Positions 27,782 to 37,116 of a DNA stretch of 64,000 nt are shown piece after piece. Below the pieces are notes generated by a model. It was not told the DNA's origin. It was given only the letters and a program-made list of their open reading frames with translations, and did not search any database. How positions within the stretch are numbered: the stretch's first letter is position 1; each line of letters opens with the position of its first letter. The DNA comes from an uncultured Enterobacteriaceae bacterium (GTDB taxonomy: Bacteria; Desulfobacterota; Binatia; Bin18): contig CAZCWX010000076.1 in NCBI GenBank assembly GCA_964502465.1, positions 16,025 through 80,024 of the forward strand, given 5' to 3'. The translations under genes were made by a program, and so were the position numbers.

Positions 27782-28534
27782 ATGCTTTCTGACCGCCAGA
27801 TTGAGCGTTACAGTCGCCAGATTATCCTCCCTCAGGTCGGTGGCAAGGGCCAAGAAGCCCTCCTGCGCTCCAGCGTCCTGGTGAACGAGAGCGGGCTGTT
27901 GCAGACCTCCAGTTTATTGTACCTTGCTGCGGCTGGAGTGGGGAAAGTTGGGATCATGTCTAAGCTGTGTCCAGATCTTTTTTCTTCCCTTGCTGTTTTT
28001 TCAGATCTGAACCCAGACTGTCAGGTTGTGATGCACGACGAAACAGAGACCGTCGACCTCAAACAATTGGTACAAAAGTACGATATAATACTGTCACCTC
28101 CTGATACTCGACTGCATGCGATCTGTTATGAATTATGTTGTCCTTTTCTCTGTGCGGCGATGACCAGCTCGCATGGCTGGTTATTCTCTTCCCTGGGATA
28201 TCAGCCTGATTGGCCTTGTCTCCACTGTCTCCCTCCGCAGTTTTCTGAGAACCCTATCGATTCCTTTGTCAATGAGCGTTCTCTGCAGCAAGAAAAAGGG
28301 GAAGCGTTCACCAACCTTGCCCCCAATATCTCTGCGAACTTTTTAGCAAGCTGGTCGCCAATGGCCATGTTCTTTGGAGCTTTGCAGGCCACTGAAGCAC
28401 TGAAGCTGCTTCTTGGGCTGAATCAGACATTGGCTAGAAAACTATGGCAGTGCCATTTTACCCCCTTATATTTCTCTGAGCATCTGATAGAAAAGAAGCC
28501 TCAGTGTCCTCTGTGTGGAAAACCCTCCTTTTAG
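27782..28534 (+). CDS. degenerate ThiF/MoeB-like paralogue (predicted adenylation-dead)
   Basis: Keeps the N-terminal IERYSRQIILPQVGGKGQEAL helix, the Cys pairs CLHC and CPLC, and LQATEALKLLLG. The G-loop is VLVNESGLLQTSS, and the DxDxVxxSNLxRQ segment is replaced by MSKLCPDLFSSLAV. Confidence 0.75.
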   Translation: MLSDRQIERYSRQIILPQVGGKGQEALLRSSVLVNESGLLQTSSLLYLAAAGVGKVGIMSKLCPDLFSSLAVFSDLNPDCQVVMHDETETVDLKQLVQKYDIILSPPDTRLHAICYELCCPFLCAAMTSSHGWLFSSLGYQPDWPCLHCLPPQFSENPIDSFVNERSLQQEKGEAFTNLAPNISANFLASWSPMAMFFGALQATEALKLLLGLNQTLARKLWQCHFTPLYFSEHLIEKKPQCPLCGKPSF

Positions 28535-28660
28535 GTTACGCCAAAGAGCTTCGTATTTCCCCAACGTGAAAAGGTACAATAAACTTGTCTGCGCTCTTAT
28601 TGGAGTGTAGAATTTTTGCTCGATGTCTACTTTATCTCAATTTCTCTTCTAAGGAGTTAT

Positions 28661-30349
28661 ATGGAAAAAGGGTTCACTCTTTGGTTTACCGGCATGTCAG
28701 GGGCGGGCAAGTCCACTATCACAAACGCGTTGACCCCTCGATTACAAGATTTAGGCAAACGGGTTGAGGTCCTCGATGGAGACGAGGTCCGTCTGAACCT
28801 CAGTAAAGGCTTAGGCTTTAGCAAAGAGGATCGTGACACGAATATCCGTCGAATCGGTTATGTCGCTCACCTGTTGACACGGAACGGCGCGGTCGCGATC
28901 ACCGCTGCCATTTCTCCTTACCGGGCTATACGCGATGAAGTACGCAATTTTATCGGAAACTTTGTTGAGGTGTACGTCAAGTGTCCACTCGAAACTCTGA
29001 TTGCCCGCGATGTAAAAGGGCTCTACAAGAAAGCCCTCACTGGTGAGATTAAAGAATTCACGGGAATTTCAGATCCTTATGAGGAGCCCCTTCATCCGGA
29101 GGTTGTGGTGGAAACTGACCGTGAGACAGTAGAAGAGAGTGTCGAGAAAATTCTCTCTCGGCTGCAGGAACTGGGGTTGATTGCGCACGCGGTTGGTACG
29201 ATTGCCCCACATGGCGGGGTGCTCGTGAATCGCCTCGTCACCGGAACTCAGCGGGACGCACTTTTGGAAAAAGCCCGCACCCTTCCGACAATCCAACTCG
29301 ACGAACGGGCGCAGAGCGACATAGAGATGATTGCTGTGGGCGCATTTTCGCCATTACGCGGATTTCTTGGGGCTGCCGATTATCACATGGTAGTTGAGAA
29401 CATGCGGTTAATCTCTGGACTTCCGTGGTCAATTCCGATCACCTTGCAAGTTTCACGTGCTCAGGCAGACACACTGAAAGACGGGACAGAGGTGGCGCTG
29501 ATTGATGAACGAAATATGACCCTCGCGATCTTGGAATTAGCCGAGCGCTATCTGCCAGATCAGGAAGAAGAAGTACAACGGGTGTATGGAACGACAGATG
29601 CCGCTCATCCTGGAGTGGCCGCAGTCCTTGGTGGAGGTGAGGTGTATCTTGGGGGAGAGATTCAGGTGTTGAATCGACCCGATACCGTTGCATTTCCTAC
29701 GTATCACCGAGACCCTGCGCAGACGCGCGCATTGTTTCGTGAACGGGGGTGGCAAACGGTGGTCGGATTCCAAACCCGGAACCCCATTCATCGGGCTCAT
29801 GAATATATCACGAAGTGTGCTCTTGAAATCGTCGATGGATTGCTGCTCCACCCGCTTGTCGGGAAGACCAAGAGCGATGACATCCCTGCGGCTGTGCGTA
29901 TGCGCTGTTATGAAGAGCTGCTAGCCCATTATTACCCAACCGAGCGCGTCATGTTGTCTGTGTATCCGGCTGCGATGCGATACGGAGGTCCGCGTGAGGC
30001 AATCTTTCACGCGATTGCCCGCAAGAACTATGGCTGCACCCACTTTATTGTTGGCAGGGATCACGCCGGTGTCGGCAGCTATTATGGGACCTACGACGCG
30101 CAGAAAATCTTCGATGAATTTACTCCAGGAGAACTGGGTATCCAGCCTCTCAAATTTGAGAACGCCTTCTTTTCTCAAGTGACCGGCCAGATGGCCACAG
30201 CCAAAACTGCCCCGGGTGGACCTGAAACTCAAGTCAATCTCTCCGGCACAAAAGTCCGCGAAATGTTAAGCAATGGCGAGCAGCCCCCTGCCGAATTCTC
30301 CCGGCCTGAGGTTGCCGCAGTGCTCATCGGCGCGATGAAACGACGATAG
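28661..30349 (+). CDS. bifunctional adenylylsulfate (APS) kinase / sulfate adenylyltransferase (kinase N-terminal)
   Basis: N-terminal [12 protein letters not shown]-loop (APS kinase). C-terminal [11 protein letters not shown] and GRDHAGVG (ATP sulfurylase). ATG 28661 lies 5 nt after AAGGAG. Confidence 0.93.
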   Translation: MEKGFTLWFTGMSGAGKSTITNALTPRLQDLGKRVEVLDGDEVRLNLSKGLGFSKEDRDTNIRRIGYVAHLLTRNGAVAITAAISPYRAIRDEVRNFIGNFVEVYVKCPLETLIARDVKGLYKKALTGEIKEFTGISDPYEEPLHPEVVVETDRETVEESVEKILSRLQELGLIAHAVGTIAPHGGVLVNRLVTGTQRDALLEKARTLPTIQLDERAQSDIEMIAVGAFSPLRGFLGAADYHMVVENMRLISGLPWSIPITLQVSRAQADTLKDGTEVALIDERNMTLAILELAERYLPDQEEEVQRVYGTTDAAHPGVAAVLGGGEVYLGGEIQVLNRPDTVAFPTYHRDPAQTRALFRERGWQTVVGFQTRNPIHRAHEYITKCALEIVDGLLLHPLVGKTKSDDIPAAVRMRCYEELLAHYYPTERVMLSVYPAAMRYGGPREAIFHAIARKNYGCTHFIVGRDHAGVGSYYGTYDAQKIFDEFTPGELGIQPLKFENAFFSQVTGQMATAKTAPGGPETQVNLSGTKVREMLSNGEQPPAEFSRPEVAAVLIGAMKRR

Positions 30350-30377
30350 GAGAAGAGGATGGCGTAGAGCGGAGGCG

Positions 30378-30830
30378 CTATTCTTCCGCTGCTACGCCAA
30401 TGCGAATGATGAGCGTTCCCTCTTGGTGGGTCTGTCCGGCAATAAAGAGGGCGCCCGGATTGGGGATGCGGAGATAGGTGCTCATAAGAGAGGTCGGGGT
30501 CGAACCTTCCATCAGCATCACTTGCAGTGCGATCTTCTCGTTTACGTATTCCTTGGGAACTACCTGGAGAAAGCGCCCTCCGGGCAGCGAAAAATCAGCC
30601 TGTTTTCCCCACCCCACTTGTCGCCGTTCTTCTTGCACGAGACGATATGAGGAGTAGCGAAAAGCGTTCAATTGGGGTCGGAAGGGCATGAGTCGGTTAT
30701 CAAAGTCTTTCGACGCGTTCGTAGCAAGAACGGTTTCGATCCGAACCTCTACCATTTCGCCAGCGTTGGCCTGAAGCACCCATGCCAATATCGTTGCAAC
30801 GCAGAATAAGACGAGGCAGCGTGTCCTCAT
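30378..30830 (-). CDS. hypothetical secreted protein (third gene of the ECF sigma operon)
   Basis: Signal peptide MRTRCLVLFCVATILAWVLQANA. The start overlaps the anti-sigma stop (ATGA). Confidence 0.6.
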   Translation of the reverse strand: MRTRCLVLFCVATILAWVLQANAGEMVEVRIETVLATNASKDFDNRLMPFRPQLNAFRYSSYRLVQEERRQVGWGKQADFSLPGGRFLQVVPKEYVNEKIALQVMLMEGSTPTSLMSTYLRIPNPGALFIAGQTHQEGTLIIRIGVAAEE

Positions 30831-31369
30831 GGCACCGCTCCACCTCGGTCATCTTCTATCCAGATAACAGGCGAATTGCTTGTCGGTTCGTTCCAGAGTG
30901 CTACAGTGGTGGCTGCTGACAGTGATTCGATTTGGGCTTGATTGTGAGCGGCGACGGCAATGGGAATGGGGGGTTGGGTAACGAACAGTGATTCGACCGA
31001 TGATCGCAGTTGTGGGAAAAACAAGAAAGAGACGAGTAACAGAGCTACCGCAGCTGCGCTAACAGGAACACTGAGTGACCAGTCAGGCCACCACTGCTCG
31101 CGCCACAACTGCAGGCGCACAGACCAAGACGGCTTTGGTACAAGGAGCTTGTTTTCGATCTGCTTCCAGAAACTCGAGAAATCAACCTTCTCGACTTGTG
31201 AGTCAATTTCCTGTAACAGCAGCTCTTGCATGCGATCGAGAGAAGCAAGCCAACGAGTGCACGCGACGCAACTAGCTACATGAGATCGCACTTCTCGCCG
31301 TAACGGTCCATCCAATTCCCCGTCACAGAGCAAGACAGCTAACCGCTCGTATTGTGGGCATTTCATCAT
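30827..31369 (-). CDS. anti-sigma factor (zf-HC2 type, single TM)
   Basis: MMKCPQYERL...HVASCVACTRW putative zinc-finger motif. TM segment VPVSAAAVALLLVSFLFF. Directly downstream of the ECF sigma gene. Start is ATG 31369 or TTG 31390. Confidence 0.75.
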   Translation of the reverse strand: MMKCPQYERLAVLLCDGELDGPLRREVRSHVASCVACTRWLASLDRMQELLLQEIDSQVEKVDFSSFWKQIENKLLVPKPSWSVRLQLWREQWWPDWSLSVPVSAAAVALLLVSFLFFPQLRSSVESLFVTQPPIPIAVAAHNQAQIESLSAATTVALWNEPTSNSPVIWIEDDRGGAVP

Positions 31370-31465
31370 AGCCGAGGAAATAAGGTTCAAGGCCTATAGA
31401 TAAGTGGTGAAGGAAAAAGCGAACAGAAAGGCAATTGCTAATGCACGAGACATAAGCAGGAACCA

Positions 31466-32035
31466 TCAAAGTTCAGAACGCAGGAGCGACTGCAACCGTT
31501 TGCGTGCATAATGAAGCCGGCTCATGACCGTCCCTCGCGAGCATTGTAAGACCTCACTGATCTCTTCGTAAGACAAACCCTCCACTATGCGCAGTAGTAT
31601 GACCGCTTTGTGTGCGGGCGTCAACTCTGCGATAGCTGCACGAATCCTTTCTCCCAACTCTTTGTCCTTTGTTTGTTCGTAGGGGTCCGTGGTTGTTGTA
31701 TCTGGGATCGTATCGATACGGTTGCTATTTCCTTCTTCCTGGTCATCACGTTCCAGTTGTGGTTGCCTGCTTTTTTGGCGTTGGCGATCGATCGCCAAGT
31801 TGACAATAATACGGTACAACCACGTGTAAAAACTCGCTTCTTCCTTGAATTGGTGAATACTGGTAAAAACCTTAGCAAACGCTTCTTGCGCAACCTCTAG
31901 GGCATCTTCACGGTCGTGGAGCATACCAAACGCAATCGCTACGGCCTTACGCTGGTACCGTTCCACCAATTCGCGAAACGCCTGCCGGTCGCCCTCCTTA
32001 CAGCGCTTAACTAATTCCCAGTCGCTTGATTCCAC
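31466..32035 (-). CDS. ECF (sigma-70 family, group 4) RNA polymerase sigma factor
   Basis: Region 2 (FRELVERYQRKAVAIAFGML..DALEVAQEAF) and region 4 HTH (LSYEEISEVLQCSRGTVMSRLHYARKRL). Confidence 0.92.
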   Translation of the reverse strand: MESSDWELVKRCKEGDRQAFRELVERYQRKAVAIAFGMLHDREDALEVAQEAFAKVFTSIHQFKEEASFYTWLYRIIVNLAIDRQRQKSRQPQLERDDQEEGNSNRIDTIPDTTTTDPYEQTKDKELGERIRAAIAELTPAHKAVILLRIVEGLSYEEISEVLQCSRGTVMSRLHYARKRLQSLLRSEL

Positions 32036-32348
32036 CGATTCCGCACATAATCAGAGACGTCAAATGACACTGATATATTCAGCCCTTAGGCTTTCTCCCC
32101 TTGGGACCGAAGACTCACACAAACGGCCCTCTGAGCCTTTCTCGTGCAAAGAGAGTGAACAGACGCCAACTCATCTGTAGCCTCTGAATTTCTTAGCGGG
32201 ATTGGCGTCGAATCTACACTATAGATATATCGTTAAGAGTGAAAACTTGACAAGCTCCAACGCTAGCATTAAAAAACATGCCTGCTTCGAAGAAAGGGAA
32301 CAAGCCTAAGCAGGTCCGCTGCAGAACCGAAAGCTTCTTTCTGAGCCA

Positions 32349-33086
32349 ATGATTGAAGTCCAGCATCTCACAAAACACTATGGTGACATTACCGCTATCG
32401 CTAATGTCTCTTTTCAAGTGGCATCTGGCCAAATCCTCGGGTTTCTCGGTCCAAACGGTTCTGGCAAGACTACGACTATGCGGATTATTACTGGATTTAT
32501 GCCAGCAACGAGCGGGACAGTCAAAGTCGCAGGTTTTGACATTTTCGACGATTCTTTCGAAGTGCGCAAGCGTATAGGATACTTACCTGAGAATCCTCCT
32601 CTGTACAATGATATGACCGTGGCCGCTTATCTACGCTTTGTTGCACGCATTAAAGGCACTCCTAAAGCTGACATTGCCGATTCCCTGGACCGGGCTCTGA
32701 CGCGTTGTGGCCTTACGCAGGTTACAGACCGTGTCACCGGCCATCTCTCGAAGGGATATCGGCAGCGAGTCGGCTTGGCACAAGCGATCATTCACAATCC
32801 GGCGGTGCTCGTGCTTGACGAACCTACTGTAGGGCTCGACCCGCAGCAAATCATTGAAATTCGTTCGCTTATCAAAGAGTTAGCTGGTGCCCATACTGTG
32901 ATTCTCTCCACCCATATTCTTCCTGAGGTGGTACAGGTGTGCGAGAAAGTGGTTATCATTAATGCCGGCCGCGTAGTCGTGGAGGACATGCTTGTCAACT
33001 TGACCCAGGGGCAATCCCTTGAAGACGTTTTCTTGCGGGCGATTGCTCAAGAGGAGACGCGTAGCGTCGAGGAGGCAGCTGAATGA
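32349..33086 (+). CDS. ABC transporter ATP-binding protein (ABC-2/GldA-like)
   Basis: [21 protein letters not shown] and VLVLDEP motifs. Confidence 0.93.
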   Translation: MIEVQHLTKHYGDITAIANVSFQVASGQILGFLGPNGSGKTTTMRIITGFMPATSGTVKVAGFDIFDDSFEVRKRIGYLPENPPLYNDMTVAAYLRFVARIKGTPKADIADSLDRALTRCGLTQVTDRVTGHLSKGYRQRVGLAQAIIHNPAVLVLDEPTVGLDPQQIIEIRSLIKELAGAHTVILSTHILPEVVQVCEKVVIINAGRVVVEDMLVNLTQGQSLEDVFLRAIAQEETRSVEEAAE

Positions 33087-33856
33087 GGAATGTGCTCACG
33101 ATTATCGGGAAAGAGCTTCGTTCCTATTTTGTCTCGCCGATCGCGTATGTTGTCCTGACGGGATTCCTCCTCCTTGGGGGCTGGTTCTTTTTTAATCTTT
33201 TGTCACGGTTCAATTTGTTGCTCTCTCTCTACACACAGTTTCAGGGTGGTGCGGCGGCGGATCGACTGAACCTCAATGACTTCGTGATTGCCCCTCTGAT
33301 GCACAATTTATCGATTGTCCTTGTGATCCTCGTACCGATGATCACGATGCGTGCATACGCCGAGGAAAAAAAAGTCGGTACCTACGAACTGCTCTTAACC
33401 TCGCCATTACGTACCGGAGAAATCGTTCTCGGTAAATTTCTTGCCTCGTTTTTATTCATCTGTGTGATGATTAGCCTCACGGGCATCTATCCAGCAATTT
33501 TATTGGCTTTTGGCAATCCTGAGGTTGGTGTCCTCGCGGCTGGCTACTTTGGCTTGGTATTACTGGCCACTGCTTTTGTCGCGGTAGGTCTTCTCACGTC
33601 TTCATTCACAGAAAACCAAATTATTGCTGCAGTGAGTGGGCTCGTTGCGACTCTCCTTCTCTATATTATTGGTTGGCCAGCTGATACTGCTGGTGACGTG
33701 CTTGGGCCGCTGCTGCGGTATCTCTCAGTGACTGAGCATTTCGCTGAAATGGTGAAGGGCATCATTGACACCCGCAATCTGGTGTATTTTGCTAGTGTTA
33801 TCGCGATAGCCTTGTTTCTCACTCAGCGCTCAGTTGAGTCGCTGCGCTGGAGGTAA
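33083..33856 (+). CDS. ABC-2 type permease (GldF-like)
   Basis: 257 aa with about six hydrophobic segments. The start overlaps the ATPase stop. Confidence 0.85.
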   Translation: MRNVLTIIGKELRSYFVSPIAYVVLTGFLLLGGWFFFNLLSRFNLLLSLYTQFQGGAAADRLNLNDFVIAPLMHNLSIVLVILVPMITMRAYAEEKKVGTYELLLTSPLRTGEIVLGKFLASFLFICVMISLTGIYPAILLAFGNPEVGVLAAGYFGLVLLATAFVAVGLLTSSFTENQIIAAVSGLVATLLLYIIGWPADTAGDVLGPLLRYLSVTEHFAEMVKGIIDTRNLVYFASVIAIALFLTQRSVESLRWR

Positions 33857-33861
33857 GCCGG

Positions 33862-35412
33862 ATGCCACGTCTCGGGTCGTTCTATGGGGTGGTTGGTGTC
33901 ATTCTGCTCGTCTTTGCCGGCATTGCCTATTTTATTACCCAAATCGTATCGGTGTACGTTTTTGCTCACGCGTTGTTAGGCCTTTTGGCGGTTGGCTTTT
34001 ATTTCGCCTCGGCAAAAGATTCACTGAAAACCTTTCTGGGCGAACGCTCGACCAAGTATGGTGCGAGCGCTGCAGCGTATTCGGTAATCTTTCTCGCCAT
34101 ACTGGTATTGGTAAACTACTTGTCAACCCGTCATTATCATCGTTTCGACATGACCGAGGCAGGGGTATATAGTTTATCCCCACAATCACAGAGTGTACTT
34201 CAGGGTCTCGAAAAACCCCTTGAAGTGAATGCTTTTGTCGAGGCTGGTGCTGACCCTCAGCTGAGAGAACTCCTTGATAGCTACCGCTATATTTCAGAGG
34301 AAGTGTCTTATCGAATCATTGACCCGGACAAGCAGCCGGACCTAGCCGAACGATTTCAAATTACCACCATTCCAGCGATCCATTTGCAGTATGGCGATCA
34401 AACTAATGTCGTCACTCGTATTTCCGAGGAAGACCTAACGAATGGGCTTATCAAAGTCAGCCGATCAGAAAAGAAGGTGGTCTATTTTCTCGAAGGCCAC
34501 GGAGAGCCTGATATTGATGGATTACAAGATCCGCGTGGGTATGGCCAAGTCAAACTTGCTTTGGAGAATGAAAGCTTTGAAGTCAAAAAGTTAGTGCTTT
34601 CTCCAGATACGGCTGTCCCTGATGGTGCAAATTTGCTGGTTGTTGCCGGAGCCGAGCGGTCACTGCTAGAACACGAAATCCAACTGATTGACGCGTATCT
34701 CAAAAAAGGGAACCGTGCACTGTTTTTGCTCAACCCTCGATCAACCCCTGAACTTGTGACGTACCTCGAGCAATGGGGAGTAGAAATTGGCAACAACGTT
34801 ATTGTAGACGAACAGCTCCAACTCCTGAAAGGGCGGACTTTCACGCTGACACCGTTCGTGACGACCTATGGCGATCATCCAATTACGCAGGAACTGAGTC
34901 GCCGCGGCTCTGCTGCGCTGACTGCCTATGGGATCTCGCGCTCGGTCGAACCCAAACCGAACGGGCGTCAGGGAGAGACTCAGCTCTGCCTGGCAAAAAC
35001 GAGTCCGAACTCTTGGGCTGAGTACGATATCGAAGGTGTCTTTCAAAAACAGACGGCTCGCCTCGACGCGCAAGACCGAAAAGGACCAATTTGCCTGGCG
35101 GTGGCGGTCACTGTGAATCTGAAGGAGATGGAGACAGAGCAGGATAGTGAGGCGCGCTTAGTCGTGTTTGGCAATGCCGTCTTTGCAAACAATCAGTTTC
35201 TCGGGCAGTACTTCAACCGTGATCTGTTGCTGAATTCAATGAGTTGGCTGATTGGGGAAGAAGGGTTGATTTCGGTTCGTCCCAGTACTCTGCGTGCGTC
35301 GCGTGTCCAGTTCACGGCTGAGCAGGGAACGTTGATATTTTACCTATCGGTTTTGGTTTTACCCGAGATCCTGCTTATTGCTGGTTTGGCCGTGTGGTGG
35401 CAGAGGCGATAG
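33862..35412 (+). CDS. GldG-like ABC-transporter auxiliary protein
   Basis: N- and C-terminal TM segments flank a large periplasmic domain. Position after the ABC-2 ATPase/permease matches gldAFG-like operons. Confidence 0.75.
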   Translation: MPRLGSFYGVVGVILLVFAGIAYFITQIVSVYVFAHALLGLLAVGFYFASAKDSLKTFLGERSTKYGASAAAYSVIFLAILVLVNYLSTRHYHRFDMTEAGVYSLSPQSQSVLQGLEKPLEVNAFVEAGADPQLRELLDSYRYISEEVSYRIIDPDKQPDLAERFQITTIPAIHLQYGDQTNVVTRISEEDLTNGLIKVSRSEKKVVYFLEGHGEPDIDGLQDPRGYGQVKLALENESFEVKKLVLSPDTAVPDGANLLVVAGAERSLLEHEIQLIDAYLKKGNRALFLLNPRSTPELVTYLEQWGVEIGNNVIVDEQLQLLKGRTFTLTPFVTTYGDHPITQELSRRGSAALTAYGISRSVEPKPNGRQGETQLCLAKTSPNSWAEYDIEGVFQKQTARLDAQDRKGPICLAVAVTVNLKEMETEQDSEARLVVFGNAVFANNQFLGQYFNRDLLLNSMSWLIGEEGLISVRPSTLRASRVQFTAEQGTLIFYLSVLVLPEILLIAGLAVWWQRR

Positions 35413-35517
35413 CGGTTTCTGCCCCACAGTGATGAGGTCTAGCAGAGAACAACAGAACTCAATGCTGCCTAAGAAAGACGAGTTCGGAGGCTTCTGTATT
35501 CCTCCTGCCGGTTCACT

Positions 35518-36975
35518 ATGAGTCTACGCAAAGCTCTCATCATGTTAACGGTCCTCCTCGCTCTCGGAGGATACGTCTACCTCGTGGAACTCCCTCGGGA
35601 ACAAGAAGAAGCGCAAAAAAAGAAGCTCTTTACCTTTGACAAAGACGAGGTCTCGGCAGTGTCTCTCATCTATCCTGACCGCTCTCTGCACCTCAGAAAG
35701 GATGAATCTGGAAAATGGCACCTGACCCAGCCGATTGAGTCTGAAGCCGACGAAACGACCGTTTCAAACCTGCTTAACGCCCTTACTGATGTAGAGGTCA
35801 GCCGAGTATTGGAAGAAGGGGTCCAAGATCTGGCTTTGTATGGCCTCGATCAACCAATGGTCAAACTACAAGTGACATTACAGGAGGGCCCAAGCCTTCC
35901 CGTGGTCTTGATCGGCAAAGACACGCCGGTGGGATTCTCCGTGTATGTGCAAAAAACAGGAGACCCAAAAATTTTTCTCACTCCTCAGGCTTTTCGCCTG
36001 GGAATGACCAAAGAGGTCAAAGATCTACGGGATAAAGCGATCATTGCGTTTGAGACGAACGAGGTGAAAAAGGTTGAAATCCACAGCGCAGAGCACGATA
36101 TCGTCCTGAGCAAGAACGATACAGGCTGGACGCTTGACAAGCCGGTCAGTAGTAAAGCCGATGAAGCCCAAGTACAAACCTTTCTTTCGTCGGTCCAGGG
36201 AATGCGGGCACAGGATTTTATTGAACAACCGCTGCTTGAACTGAAAGAATTCGGTCTGGACCCTCCGCAACTCACCGTATCACTTACGTTAGGAACAGAT
36301 AACGCCCAAAAGACGATTTTCATTGGGGGGGAAAGGAGCGACGATACGGGAGGGAAGAAGCTCTACGTCAAGCGAGGAGAGGCTGATACCCTCTTTTTGG
36401 TGGGAGATTGGGTCCTCCGTGATATGGACAAGACGGCTAATGATTTCCGCGATAAGACGGTTGTTCATTTCGATCGAGAGAAAGTCGTCAAGGTCGAAGT
36501 CTGGCACCGAGACGGAGACAGTTTCACCCTCAACCGCGATGAGGACAAGAAATGGGCTATTGATAAGACTCAGGAAGGAACCCTCAAAGAGATGGCCCTT
36601 TCTCAATTGGTGGACGATCTGCATACCTTACGAGGGTTCGAAATTGCGGCCGAGAATCCCAGTGACCTCAGTGTGTACGGTCTGCAAGAACCAATGCTGA
36701 AGATCTCCGTCTATGATGACGGTGGGACAAAACTTGCGACAATCTTAGCTGGGCAGAGATCTGAAGAAGACAAACAGGAAGTATTTGCTATGGCCGAAGA
36801 AGGAAATACGGTCTTCACGCTGCGTGATTATGTCTTTGATCGTGTGAATAAGAAAGTCGCTGACTTTTGGGAAAAGCCAGTAGAGAATAAAGAGGATAAG
36901 CAAGCAGGTGAAGTCACTTCTCCTGAGTTGCCTGGAAGTAGTGTTGAAGAAAGCGAGGATGGACACTCCCATTAA
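35518..36975 (+). CDS. DUF4340-like periplasmic protein
   Basis: N-terminal TM segment, then repeated modules of about 100 aa (...W.L..P....AD...V..LL..L..L....). Typical fourth gene of GldG-type clusters. Family assignment is from memory. Confidence 0.65.
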   Translation: MSLRKALIMLTVLLALGGYVYLVELPREQEEAQKKKLFTFDKDEVSAVSLIYPDRSLHLRKDESGKWHLTQPIESEADETTVSNLLNALTDVEVSRVLEEGVQDLALYGLDQPMVKLQVTLQEGPSLPVVLIGKDTPVGFSVYVQKTGDPKIFLTPQAFRLGMTKEVKDLRDKAIIAFETNEVKKVEIHSAEHDIVLSKNDTGWTLDKPVSSKADEAQVQTFLSSVQGMRAQDFIEQPLLELKEFGLDPPQLTVSLTLGTDNAQKTIFIGGERSDDTGGKKLYVKRGEADTLFLVGDWVLRDMDKTANDFRDKTVVHFDREKVVKVEVWHRDGDSFTLNRDEDKKWAIDKTQEGTLKEMALSQLVDDLHTLRGFEIAAENPSDLSVYGLQEPMLKISVYDDGGTKLATILAGQRSEEDKQEVFAMAEEGNTVFTLRDYVFDRVNKKVADFWEKPVENKEDKQAGEVTSPELPGSSVEESEDGHSH

Positions 36976-37040
36976 AAAAGACAATGAAAGGGGAAGAGCT
37001 GACGCAAGCTACAGGGAAATAGGAGGGGTTTTTTGCGTAG

Positions 37041-37077
37041 AAAAAGAGGGCTCGCTTTTTTGTCGAACCCTCTTTTC
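37041..37077. terminator. bidirectional intrinsic terminator between convergent genes
   Basis: AGAGGGCTCG (37045-37054) pairs with CGAACCCTCT (37064-37073) with 1 mismatch. Flanked by AAAA upstream and TTT downstream. Confidence 0.6.
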
Positions 37078-37116
37078 TATGAAGGAGCACTATTGCTATT
37101 GAGGGGAGCAACGCTG

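Noticed and set aside
27326-27853. A 175-aa minus-strand ORF spanning the cysM/NIL/pseudo-E1 junctions.
   Set aside because: It crosses three tightly packed sense genes and has no SD or motif.
32247-32276. TTGACA-N17-TAAAAA sigma70-like promoter upstream of the ABC transporter operon.
   Set aside because: The -10 lacks the invariant final T, so it is too weak to report as a feature.
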